From Paracoccaceae bacterium (GTDB taxonomy: Bacteria > Pseudomonadota > Alphaproteobacteria > Rhodobacterales > Rhodobacteraceae): a stretch of 64,000 nt of DNA. The translations under genes and the position numbers were made by a program. Below the pieces are notes generated by a model. The model did not search any database. It worked only from the letters and a program-made list of their open reading frames with translations, and had not been told where the DNA came from. The stretch is taken from assembly GCA_003567315.1 (NCBI GenBank), contig PWZT01000088.1, positions 25,610 through 89,609 of the forward strand, in the 5' to 3' direction. This document shows, piece after piece, positions 51,400 through 61,001 of the stretch (its first letter is position 1; every line of letters begins with the position of its first letter).

Positions 51400-52167
51400 A
51401 TGGCTCTGGAAATGATGGCAGTCCCCTGTTTGCGCGACAATTACGCCTATCTCGTGCATGATCCCGGCAGCGGGCGCACCGCCGTCGTCGATGTGCCTGA
51501 CACCGCCCCTGTTCATGATGCGCTCGAAGCACGCGGCTGGACACTCACTGACATCCTCATCACGCATCATCATGACGACCATATCGGCGGTGTCATGCGC
51601 CTGCGCGAGGATACAGGTGCCGCGGTATGGGGCGCCAGGGCCGATGCGCACCGCTTGCCGCCGCTCGACCATGCGCTTGCCGAGGGCGATACAGTCTCGA
51701 TCGGCGCGGAAGCGGGGACCGTGATCGATGTGCCGGGGCATACCGTCGGGCATATCGCCTTTCATTTCCCCGACTCGCAGCTCGCCTTCACGGCCGACAG
51801 CCTGATGATCTGCGGTTGTGGACGGCTTTTCGAGGGAACGCCCGAACAGATGTTGCAAAGCCTGCGCAAGCTTATGGCACTGCCGGATGAGACGCTGATC
51901 TGCTCAGGCCATGACTATACCAACGGCAATCTCGCCTTCGCCCGCAGCGTGGATCCTGACAATGAGGCATTGGCCGAGCGCATGGACCAGGTTGCGGCTG
52001 ATCGCGCCGCCGGGCGCCCCATGGCCGTGGCCACGCTGGCGCTCGAGAAAGCGACCAACCCGTTTCTGCGTGCAACGGATGACGCGCTCAAACGAAGCCA
52101 CCACATGACAGAGGCAATCGATGTCGAAATGTTCGCGCATCTTCGTGCGCTGAAAGACACGTTCTGA
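51400..52167 (+). CDS. gloB: Hydroxyacylglutathione hydrolase (glyoxalase II)
   Basis: DNYAY, THHHDDHIGG, PGHT, ADSL..GCGRLFEG, GHDY, TNPFLR. Confidence 0.95.
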   Translation: MALEMMAVPCLRDNYAYLVHDPGSGRTAVVDVPDTAPVHDALEARGWTLTDILITHHHDDHIGGVMRLREDTGAAVWGARADAHRLPPLDHALAEGDTVSIGAEAGTVIDVPGHTVGHIAFHFPDSQLAFTADSLMICGCGRLFEGTPEQMLQSLRKLMALPDETLICSGHDYTNGNLAFARSVDPDNEALAERMDQVAADRAAGRPMAVATLALEKATNPFLRATDDALKRSHHMTEAIDVEMFAHLRALKDTF

Positions 52168-52335
52168 AAGATGATCTGGCAGGCAATTCTTAAGAATTCT
52201 TGCCAGATTCACCTTGTTGCGCCAAAGTTGAACAAAAATAACTTGAAGCGCGCTGAATAAAGCCGAAGTTAACACTATGAGGCGAAACTGGTTGCCGGTT
52301 AGCCGACCAACCGATCAAGAACAGGAGCTCCCACC

Positions 52336-54654
52336 GTGCCAAGTTTCTCAACCACACTGGAGCAGTCAATCCACGGCGCATTGGCCCTGGCAAACTCGCG
52401 GCGTCACGAATTCGCGACGCTCGAACATCTGCTGCTGTCACTGATCGATGAGCCCGATGCCAGCCGCGTGATGCTGGCGTGCAATGTCGATCTTGATGAA
52501 CTGCGCAAGACGCTCGAGGAATTCATCGAGGATGAACTCGCCTCGCTGGTCACGGATATCGAGGGCTCTGAAGCCGTGCCAACCGCGGCCTTTCAACGTG
52601 TCATCCAGCGTGCGGCGATTCATGTCCAGAGCTCGGGGCGCAACGAGGTGACTGGCGCAAATGTGCTGGTTGCGATCTTCGCCGAGCGGGAGTCGAACGC
52701 GGCCTATTTCCTGCAGGAACAGGACATGACGCGCTATGACGCCGTCAACTTCATCGCGCATGGGGTGGCGAAGAATTCCGATTACTCGGAATCGCGCCCG
52801 GTGACTGGGGCCGACGAGGAGCCCGAACAGTCGAGCAAATCGGATGAGAAACCGAAGGAAACCGCGCTAGGCAAGTATTGCGTGGATCTGAATGCAAAGG
52901 CCGTGCAGGGCGATGTCGATCCGCTGATCGGGCGCTCTGCTGAGGTCGAGCGCTGCATTCAGGTGCTCTGCCGCCGACGCAAGAACAACCCGCTTCTGGT
53001 GGGCGATCCGGGGGTCGGCAAGACAGCGATCGCTGAAGGGCTTGCCAAGAAGATCGTCGAAGGTGAGACACCCGATATTCTCGCCAATTCCACGATTTTT
53101 TCGCTTGATATGGGCGCGTTGCTGGCAGGCACGCGCTATCGGGGCGACTTCGAGGAACGCCTGAAATCGGTTGTGCAGGAGTTGGAAGATCACCCGGACG
53201 CGGTGCTTTTCATCGACGAGATTCATACGGTTATCGGTGCTGGCGCGACCTCGGGTGGGGCGATGGATGCCTCGAATCTGCTCAAGCCTGCGCTTCAGGG
53301 CGGGAAACTGCGCTGCATGGGTTCGACCACTTATAAGGAATTCCGCCAGCATTTCGAAAAGGACCGCGCCCTGTCGCGGCGTTTTCAGAAGATCGATGTG
53401 GTGGAGCCGACTGTCTAGGACGCAATCAAGATCCTTATGGGTCTGAAGCCCTACTTCGAAGAGCATCACGAAATCCGCTACACCAACGATGCGGTAAAGA
53501 CTGCCGTCGAACTCTCGGCGCGCTACATCAACGATCGAAAACTGCCCGACAAGGCGATCGATGTGATCGACGAAGCGGGTGCTGCTCAGCACTTGCTATC
53601 GGGATCCAAGCGGAGAAAGACGATCAGCCCCAAGGAGATCGAGGCCGTGGTCGCCAAGATCGCCCGCATTCCGCCGAAGAGCGTCTCCAAGGACGATTCG
53701 GAGGTGCTGCGCGATCTCGAATCCGCGCTCAAGCGCGTGGTCTTCGGCCAAGACGCGGCCATCGAGGCGCTGTCCTCGGCGATCAAGCTCGCCCGCGCGG
53801 GTCTGCGCGAGCCGGAAAAGCCCATCGGCAACTATCTGTTCGCAGGGCCCACTGGTGTGGGCAAGACCGAGGTGGCCAAGCAACTGGCGGATTCGCTCGG
53901 TGTGGAACTGCTGCGCTTCGACATGTCGGAATACATGGAGAAACACGCGGTCTCGCGCTTGATCGGGGCGCCGCCGGGCTATGTCGGCTTCGATCAGGGC
54001 GGGCTTCTGACCGATGGAGTGGACCAGCACCCGCATTGCGTGCTCCTGCTCGACGAAATTGAGAAGGCGCATCCGGATGTCTACAACATCCTGTTGCAGG
54101 TGATGGATCACGGCCAATTGACCGACCATAATGGCCGGACCGTGAATTTCCGCAATGTCATCCTGATCATGACTTCGAATGCAGGCGCGGCCGAGCAGGC
54201 GAAAGCCGCCATCGGTTTCGGGCGCGAGCGGCGCGAAGGCGAGGACACGGCGGCCATCGAGCGGACCTTCACGCCCGAATTCCGCAACCGTCTGGATGCC
54301 GTGATCAGCTTCGCCCCGCTGCCGAAAACGGTTATCATGCGAGTTGTCGAGAAATTCGTGCTGCAACTCGAAGCGCAGTTGATGGATCGCAATGTCACCA
54401 TCGAGCTGAGCGAAGAGGCTGCGGCCTGGCTGGGCGAGAAAGGCTATGATGACAAGATGGGTGCGCGGCCTCTGGCGCGGGTGATCCAGGAACACATCAA
54501 GAAGCCGCTGGCCGAGGAACTGCTGTTCGGCAAGCTCGCCAAGGGCGGGGTTGTGCGGGTGCAGATGCGCGATGGCAAGCTTGTCCTCGAGATGGATGGC
54601 CCGGACGCAAAGCGCCTGACGGGCAACAATCCGCCCTTGCTGACAGCAGACTGA
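52336..54654 (+). pseudogene. clpA: ATP-dependent Clp protease ATP-binding subunit ClpA interrupted by one in-frame TAG (53416-53418)
   Basis: ORFs 52336-53418 and 53437-54654 share a frame; Walker A GDPGVGKT and GPTGVGKT; ...VVEPTV*DAIKILMGLK...; may be a sequence error. Confidence 0.9.
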
Positions 54655-54680
54655 CCGAGCCCGCGGTCTCGAGACTTCAG

Positions 54681-54719
54681 AGCGGCGTCCGGACCAGCAG
54701 CCGGGCGCCGCTATTCTTT
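54681..54719 (+). terminator. Probable terminator after clpA
   Basis: AGCGGCGTCCGG / CCGGGCGCCGCT stem followed by ATTCTTT. Confidence 0.6.
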
Positions 54720-54736
54720 CAGGGCAGGCGCTTTTC

Positions 54737-55513
54737 ATGCTCATACCGATCCGCGATCATAACCCGTCCAGCAAGCGCCCCTATGTCACTTATGCGCTGA
54801 TGATCACGAATGTGGTCGTGTTCGCCCTGTATTTCCCGCTTTTCGGCGATAGCCACGCGCTGATGCGCTTCTTCCAGCAATGGGGCATGCTGCCTGCCCG
54901 GCTGAGCAGCGGCGAGGGGTTCGTGACGCTCATCTCGCATCAGTTCCTGCATGGAGACCTTTTGCATCTCGGCGCCAACATGCTGTTTCTGTGGATTTTT
55001 GGTGACAACATGGAAGAGGTCTGGGGTCGTTGGAAGTTCCTCGGGTTCTATCTGCTCTGCGGATTTGCCGCGGCAGGCCTGCAATTTTTCACGGAGCCGA
55101 ATTCGACCATCCCGATGGTCGGCGCCTCGGGTGCCATCGCAGGCGTGCTGGGCGGGTATTTCCTGTTCTATCCGCGCGCGCGCGTCGACATTTTCTTCTT
55201 TCTCATCATAATCTTCCGCATCATCCCGATCCCGGCCTGGGTCGTTCTGGGAAGCTGGTTCGTGTTCCAGCTTCTCGGCGGGCTCAGCATTCCGGCCGAT
55301 GCGGGCGGGGTGGCCTATTGGGCGCATGCGGGCGGGTTCATGGCCGGGGTGGTCCTGTCCTTTCCGCTCTGGCTCAGGATGGGCGGTGCCGAGTATTGGC
55401 GCCGTTGCGAAGGGCATCCGCCAAATGCCGAAGCGCAATACCGTTTCGTGAAGACCAGCATCCCGGCCGCCGGGCGCAAGCGCCGTTTCCGGCCCAGCCC
55501 GTGGCGCCGATAG
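54737..55513 (+). CDS. Rhomboid family intramembrane serine protease
   Basis: FLHG..HLGANM..LWIFGDNME, VGASGAIAG, AYWAHAGG. Confidence 0.93.
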   Translation: MLIPIRDHNPSSKRPYVTYALMITNVVVFALYFPLFGDSHALMRFFQQWGMLPARLSSGEGFVTLISHQFLHGDLLHLGANMLFLWIFGDNMEEVWGRWKFLGFYLLCGFAAAGLQFFTEPNSTIPMVGASGAIAGVLGGYFLFYPRARVDIFFFLIIIFRIIPIPAWVVLGSWFVFQLLGGLSIPADAGGVAYWAHAGGFMAGVVLSFPLWLRMGGAEYWRRCEGHPPNAEAQYRFVKTSIPAAGRKRRFRPSPWRR

Positions 55514-55526
55514 CGCGTGCTGCACC

Positions 55527-56429
55527 ATGGAGCCCTGGGTCCTTCTGTCGATCAGCGCGGCCGCGTTTCAGACCCTGCGCTTCATGCTGCAGAAGCGGCT
55601 CAGCATGGGCAGCCTCAGTGCCGGCGGCGCGACGCTCGCGCGGTTTCTCTTCGCGGCGCCTGTTGTGGCCCTGTTTGCGCTGGCCATCATCCTGTCAGGC
55701 GAGGACGCGCATCTGCATCTGACGCTGCCCTTCTGGGTCTATGCGGCGATCGGCGGTCTGACGCAGATCCTCGCGACATGGTGCGTGGTCCTGCTTTTTG
55801 CGGAACGCAATTTCGCAGTCGGCATCACCTTCAAGAAAACCGAGGTCGTCCAGACCGCACTGGTGGGGTTTCTGTTGCTGGGCGACCGGGTCTCGATGCT
55901 GGGTATGGCGGCCATCATCCTAGGCCTTGTGGGCGTGCTGATCCTGTCCGAAACGCCCGGTCTGAGCGGGCGCTGGTGGCAGCGCCTTGCTTCGCGCGCA
56001 ACGGTCCTGGGTGTGGCCTCGGGCGCATTTTTCGCAGTCTCGGCGGTGGGCTATCGCGCGGCCACGCTCGAGATCGCCAGCGATGATCCCTTCGCGCGGG
56101 CCGTGCTGACGCTCTGCGTGGTCACGGCAATGCAGACCCTGGCGCTGTCGCTCTGGCTGCGCTGGCGCGAGCCGGGGCAGGTGGGACGGGTGGTCGCTGC
56201 GCATCGCGTGGGCGTCTGGCTGGGGCTTCTGGGCATGGCGGGCAGCCTGTGCTGGTTCACCGCCTTCACGCTCCAGAATGCCGCACTTGTGTTTGCGGTC
56301 GGGCAAGTGGAGGTGATCTTCTCGATCCTCGCCGCGACACTGTTTTTCGGCGAGCGGATCACGGCGCGCGAATTTGCCGGCATCACGCTGATCACCGTGT
56401 CAGTGATCGGGGTGGTGAGCTTCGGCTGA
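55527..56429 (+). CDS. DMT/EamA family transporter
   Basis: About 10 hydrophobic segments in two repeats; FAVGITFKKTE, GQVEVIFS. Confidence 0.85.
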   Translation: MEPWVLLSISAAAFQTLRFMLQKRLSMGSLSAGGATLARFLFAAPVVALFALAIILSGEDAHLHLTLPFWVYAAIGGLTQILATWCVVLLFAERNFAVGITFKKTEVVQTALVGFLLLGDRVSMLGMAAIILGLVGVLILSETPGLSGRWWQRLASRATVLGVASGAFFAVSAVGYRAATLEIASDDPFARAVLTLCVVTAMQTLALSLWLRWREPGQVGRVVAAHRVGVWLGLLGMAGSLCWFTAFTLQNAALVFAVGQVEVIFSILAATLFFGERITAREFAGITLITVSVIGVVSFG

Positions 56430-56447
56430 GCACTCCTGATGCGCGAC

Positions 56448-57545
56448 TCATGAAAGCGGCACGACGCAATCGCAGATACGCAGCCGCACGCGCGCGCCGA
56501 CATCGATCATGGCGCCCGCGCCCGAGATCACAAGCATGCAGCGCTCGCCTTCCTGCACCCAGTAGAGTTGGTCATGGCCGCGAAATTCGCGACCAACAAC
56601 CGAGGCGGGGCCATCGGGATCGGGCTCCAGCATGATCTGCTCGGGCCGGACCGAGAGCGACACGGCCCCGTTTGCCGCACGCGACAGCGGCAGCGTGCCG
56701 AATTCGGTCTTGGCCTCCATCCCCGAGGCCGTGCCGCTCAGAATGTTCGATCGGCCCAGGAAAGAGGCGACGAAGGCCGAGACCGGGTTGCGATAGATCT
56801 CGTCAGGCGTACCGATCTGCAGTACGCGGCCTTTCTCCATGACCGCGATGCGGTCGGCCACGGCCATGGCCTCTTCCTGATCATGCGTGACGAGGATCGC
56901 GGCCGAGCCAGCCTCTTTCAACAGCCTGCGCACCTCCTGCCGGGTCTCAACCCGCATCGCCGCGTCAAGATTGGAAAACGGCTCGTCCAGCAACACCAGC
57001 GGGGGCGCGACGGCCAGCGTGCGGGCCAAGGCCACACGCTGTTGCTGCCCCCCCGACAATTCATGCGGCTTGCGCGCGCCAAGCCCCTCCAGCCCGACGA
57101 GTTCAAGCATCTCATGTGCCCGCGCCTCGGCCTCCGCGCGGGAGCGCTTGCGCAGACCGAATTTCACATTTTCCAACACATTGAGATGCGGAAACAATGC
57201 ATAATCCTGAAACACGAAGCCGATGCCGCGCGCCTCGGGCGGCAGGTGGGTGATATCGCGTCCGCGCAGGCGGATGCGGCCTTCATCGGGGGGCTCAAAC
57301 CCGCCGATCATGCGCAATGTAGTCGTTTTGCCGCAGCCTGACGGGCCCAGCAAGGCCATCATCTCGCCTTCGCCCAGATCGAAGCTCACCCGTTCGACCG
57401 CCGCCGCATCATCGCAGGCGAAGGTTTTGCGCAGCCGCTCGACGCTGAGCAGCACGGTCTTGGGTTTCGTGCGATACCCGAGCGGCGATGCCTCGGCGGG
57501 CATCTTGAAGGACAGGGTTTTGGCGAGGCTGTTCATGGTGATCAT
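56448..57545 (-). CDS. Stand-alone ABC ATP-binding protein (FbpC/PotA type with TOBE-like tail)
   Basis: GPSGCGKTT, VFQDYALFPHL, LSGGQQQRV, LDEPF, VTHDQEEA; start 57545 or 57536. Confidence 0.88.
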   Translation of the reverse strand: MITMNSLAKTLSFKMPAEASPLGYRTKPKTVLLSVERLRKTFACDDAAAVERVSFDLGEGEMMALLGPSGCGKTTTLRMIGGFEPPDEGRIRLRGRDITHLPPEARGIGFVFQDYALFPHLNVLENVKFGLRKRSRAEAEARAHEMLELVGLEGLGARKPHELSGGQQQRVALARTLAVAPPLVLLDEPFSNLDAAMRVETRQEVRRLLKEAGSAAILVTHDQEEAMAVADRIAVMEKGRVLQIGTPDEIYRNPVSAFVASFLGRSNILSGTASGMEAKTEFGTLPLSRAANGAVSLSVRPEQIMLEPDPDGPASVVGREFRGHDQLYWVQEGERCMLVISGAGAMIDVGARVRLRICDCVVPLS

Positions 57546-57708
57546 ATAGGCAAGGACTTCAGTGATGTCATGGCGCAAAATAAGAGCGGCGAAAAGGGGG
57601 AGAAGCCTGCGCGCATAGCCGCAAGGTATCCCGGCGCGCGGGAAATGGGATTGCCCAAGCGCGACGCTCTCGCGCATAGTGCGCGCAAATCGTCGCACAG
57701 GACAGAGC

Positions 57709-58653
57709 ATGGCCCATACTCGCAACCCCGGAGTCCCGCTGGCGCTGGAAGATCTCGTTTCGGTCAATCGCCCGGCCGCGGAGCGCCGCGCCGCCTCGCT
57801 GGTCGCAAGGCGGTCGCTGAAGGGCGCGCATCAGGCGGCATGGCTCCTCAATGCCATTGCCTGCATGGATCTGACGACGCTCGCGGGTGATGACACGCCC
57901 GCGCGGGTGCGCCGTCTATGCGCGAAGGCCCGGCGTCCGCTGAGCGATGAAGTCGTCGCCGGGCTGGGCCTGTCCGAGATGCCCAAAACCGGCGCGGTCT
58001 GTGTTTATCCGACGATGGTGGCGACTGCGGTGGACGCGCTCGCGGGCTCCGGCATTCCGGTGGCTTCGGTCGCGACTGGGTTTCCGGCGGGGCTGATGCC
58101 GCTTGATCTGCGGCTGGCCGAGATCCGGTATGCGGTCGATCAGGGCGCGCAGGAGATTGATATCGTCATCACCCGCGCGCATGTGCTGGGTGGGGCGTGG
58201 ACGGCGCTTCATGACGAGGTGGCCGCCATGCGCGAAGCCTGCGGGGCCGCGCATCTCAAGGCTATCCTTGCGACGGGCGATCTGGTGACGCTCACCAATG
58301 TCCATGCGGCCTCGCTGGTTGCGATGCAGGCCGGGGCGGATTTCATAAAGACCTCGACCGGCAAGGAAACGGTCAATGCCACGCTGCCCGTGGGGCTGAC
58401 CATGTGCCGCGCGATCCGCGAGTATCGCGCAGCAACCGGGCATATCGTGGGCTTCAAGCCTGCGGGGGGCATGAAGACTGCCAAGGATGCGCTGGGCTGG
58501 CAGGTGCTGATGCGCGAGGAGCTGGGGCTAGAGTGGCTACGCCCGGATTTGTTCCGGCTTGGTGCGTCCTCGATGCTCGCCGATATCGAGCGGCAATTAT
58601 CGCATCATGTGACCGGGCGCTATGCTGCCCATCACCGGCACGCGCTCGCCTGA
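57709..58653 (+). CDS. deoC: Deoxyribose-phosphate aldolase (long form)
   Basis: DLTTLAGDDT, ASVATGFPAG, EIDIVI, DFIKTSTGK, GFKPAGG, RLGASS. Confidence 0.95.
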   Translation: MAHTRNPGVPLALEDLVSVNRPAAERRAASLVARRSLKGAHQAAWLLNAIACMDLTTLAGDDTPARVRRLCAKARRPLSDEVVAGLGLSEMPKTGAVCVYPTMVATAVDALAGSGIPVASVATGFPAGLMPLDLRLAEIRYAVDQGAQEIDIVITRAHVLGGAWTALHDEVAAMREACGAAHLKAILATGDLVTLTNVHAASLVAMQAGADFIKTSTGKETVNATLPVGLTMCRAIREYRAATGHIVGFKPAGGMKTAKDALGWQVLMREELGLEWLRPDLFRLGASSMLADIERQLSHHVTGRYAAHHRHALA

Positions 58654-58666
58654 GGGAGGGGTGCCC

Positions 58667-60952
58667 ATGATCACGGAGATACTGGAAAACATGTCCTACG
58701 GCCCCGCCCCCGAGAGCGATGCGCTTGCCCGCGACTGGCTGGCGCGTGGCCCGTTCGGGCATTTCATCAATGGCCGGTTCACCAAGCCGGGCGTTCTGTT
58801 CGAGACCCGCGATCCCGCGCGCGATGCCGTGCTAGCCGAAGTCTCGCAGGGCAGCGAGGCGGATGTCGCGGCGGCTGTCGAGGCTGCAACGGCGGCGTTC
58901 CCGGCGTGGTCGGCCCTTCCGGGGTATCATCGTGCGCGTTACCTCTATGCCATCGCGCGCCAGATCCAGAAGCGCGAGCGGCTTTTTGCAGTGCTGGAAT
59001 CGCTCGATAACGGCAAGCCGCTGCGCGAAGCGCGGGATGGGGATGTGCCGCTTGCCGTGCGGCATTTCTACCATCACGCGGGCTGGGCCGAGCTTGTTGC
59101 GGAGGAGTTCCCGGGGCAGGAACCGCATGGGGTCTGCGGGCAGATCATCCCGTGGAATTTCCCGCTGCTGATGCTGGCATGGAAAATCGCGCCGGCCTTG
59201 GCGGCGGGCAACACAGTCGTGCTGAAACCAGCCGAATACACGCCGCTGACGGCGCTGCTCTTCGCCGAAATCTGTGTGGAGGCGGGGCTGCCCGCGGGCG
59301 TGGTGAATATCGTGACCGGCGATGGCGCGACGGGCGCTGCGCTGGTGACGCATCCGGGGGTTGCCAAGATCGCCTTCACGGGCTCGACCGAAGTGGGCCG
59401 CGAGATAAGGCGCGCGACAGCCGGGAGCGGCAAGGCGCTGACGCTGGAGTTGGGCGGCAAATCGCCGTTTCTGGTGTTTGCTGATGCCGACCTGGATGCG
59501 GCGGTTGAAGGGGTCGTCGATGCGATCTGGTTCAATCAGGGCGAGGTCTGCTGTGCGGGCTCGCGCATACTGGTCGCCGATGCCGTGGCAGAACGCTTCA
59601 CGGCCAAGCTGCGCGCGCGGATGGAGAGCTTGCGCGTGGGCGATCCGCTCGACAAATCGACCGATATCGGCGCGATCGTGCATCCGCGCCAGCTTGCGCG
59701 CATCCGCGATCTGGTAGCGCAAGGGGTCGCGGCGGGGGGCGTGCTGCATCAGGGGTACGCGCCCGAGGGCTGTTTCTGCGCGCCTGCGTTGATGCTTGAA
59801 GTGTCGCCCGCAAATCCATGTTTCAGCGAGGAAATATTCGGGCCGATTGCCGTTGTGACCAGTTTCCGTACACCCGATGAGGCCATCGAGTTGGCCAATA
59901 ACACCCGCTACGGGCTCGCGGCCTCGATCTGGTCGGAGAATCTGACGCTCGCGCTTGATATGGCTGCGCGTATCAAGGCGGGCGTGGTCTGGATCAACGC
60001 GACCAACCTGTTCGATGCCAATGCGCCCTTTGGCGGTATGCGCGAGAGCGGGTTCGGCCGCGAAGGCGCGCGCGAGGGGATGGCGGCCTATCTGCGGCCT
60101 CTCGATGCGACCGCTGCCACTGCGCCGGACCCGATTGCACCGCTGCCGCAACCTGTCGCGATCACCGGCATCGACCGCACGCACAAGCTCTATATCGGCG
60201 GGGCGCAGAAACGCGCGGATAACGGGCAGAGCTATTCGATTATTCAGGACGGCAGGCTCTTGGGCCATGCGCCGCTTGGTAGCCGCAAGGATGTGCGCAA
60301 CGCGGTCGAGGCCGCGCAGAAGGCAGGCGGGTGGACCCGGATGAGCGGGCATCAGCGCGCGCAGGTGCTCTATTTCCTCGGCGAGAACCTGAGCGCGCGG
60401 GCGGCCTCGCTGGAACATTTCGTGGCCGCAGAGCAGATCGAGGCCGCGATTGCGCGTTGTTTCCATTACGCAGCCTGGGCCGACAAATTAGACGCAAGGG
60501 TGCACGACACGCAGGGCCAGCATGTCACCCTGGCGATGAAAGAGCCTTTCGGCGTGATGGGGCTTATCTGCGCGGAAGAGGCCCCGCTTCTCGGCGCGCT
60601 CTCGCTCATTCTCCCGGCCATCGCGATGGGCAACCGGGTTGTGGCCGTAGCGCCGCAAGCCGCGCCCTTGGCGGTTCTGGAGCTTGCGCAGGTGCTCGCC
60701 TGTTCCGATGTGCCGGGGGGCGTGGTGAACATCCTCTCGGGGCCGAAGGCCGATCTGGCGCAGACACTTGCGGCGCATGAGGATGTGGCCGCGCTCTGGT
60801 CCGCTGCGCCGGAGCTGGCAGATATGATCGAGCGCGAGAGTGCGGGAAATCTCAAGCCGGTGTGGCAGGTGACGGATGCGACAGGGCAGGGGCGGCGTTT
60901 TCTGGAAGTCGCAGTGCAGATCAAGACGATCTGGATTCCATACGGCGCTTGA
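58667..60952 (+). CDS. Extended two-module aldehyde dehydrogenase (ALDH16-like)
   Basis: IIPWNFP, FTGST, LELGGKSP, GEVCCAG, EEIFGP, followed by a second partial ALDH module. Confidence 0.88.
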   Translation: MITEILENMSYGPAPESDALARDWLARGPFGHFINGRFTKPGVLFETRDPARDAVLAEVSQGSEADVAAAVEAATAAFPAWSALPGYHRARYLYAIARQIQKRERLFAVLESLDNGKPLREARDGDVPLAVRHFYHHAGWAELVAEEFPGQEPHGVCGQIIPWNFPLLMLAWKIAPALAAGNTVVLKPAEYTPLTALLFAEICVEAGLPAGVVNIVTGDGATGAALVTHPGVAKIAFTGSTEVGREIRRATAGSGKALTLELGGKSPFLVFADADLDAAVEGVVDAIWFNQGEVCCAGSRILVADAVAERFTAKLRARMESLRVGDPLDKSTDIGAIVHPRQLARIRDLVAQGVAAGGVLHQGYAPEGCFCAPALMLEVSPANPCFSEEIFGPIAVVTSFRTPDEAIELANNTRYGLAASIWSENLTLALDMAARIKAGVVWINATNLFDANAPFGGMRESGFGREGAREGMAAYLRPLDATAATAPDPIAPLPQPVAITGIDRTHKLYIGGAQKRADNGQSYSIIQDGRLLGHAPLGSRKDVRNAVEAAQKAGGWTRMSGHQRAQVLYFLGENLSARAASLEHFVAAEQIEAAIARCFHYAAWADKLDARVHDTQGQHVTLAMKEPFGVMGLICAEEAPLLGALSLILPAIAMGNRVVAVAPQAAPLAVLELAQVLACSDVPGGVVNILSGPKADLAQTLAAHEDVAALWSAAPELADMIERESAGNLKPVWQVTDATGQGRRFLEVAVQIKTIWIPYGA

Positions 60953-61001
60953 CGGCGCTTTGCAACGCGCTCAACTTGGCGCAAACGAGGGGGGAAGTGT
61001 G

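Noticed and set aside
53416-53418. Pyrrolysine or suppressor-tRNA recoding of the clpA TAG
   Set aside because: No pyl genes and no CUA-anticodon tRNA in the window (the tRNA-Gln here is TTG); nothing positive supports programmed recoding.
57546-57708. Cobalamin riboswitch before the iron-type ABC ATPase
   Set aside because: GGGAA is present but the B12 box and GCCACTG elements are absent.
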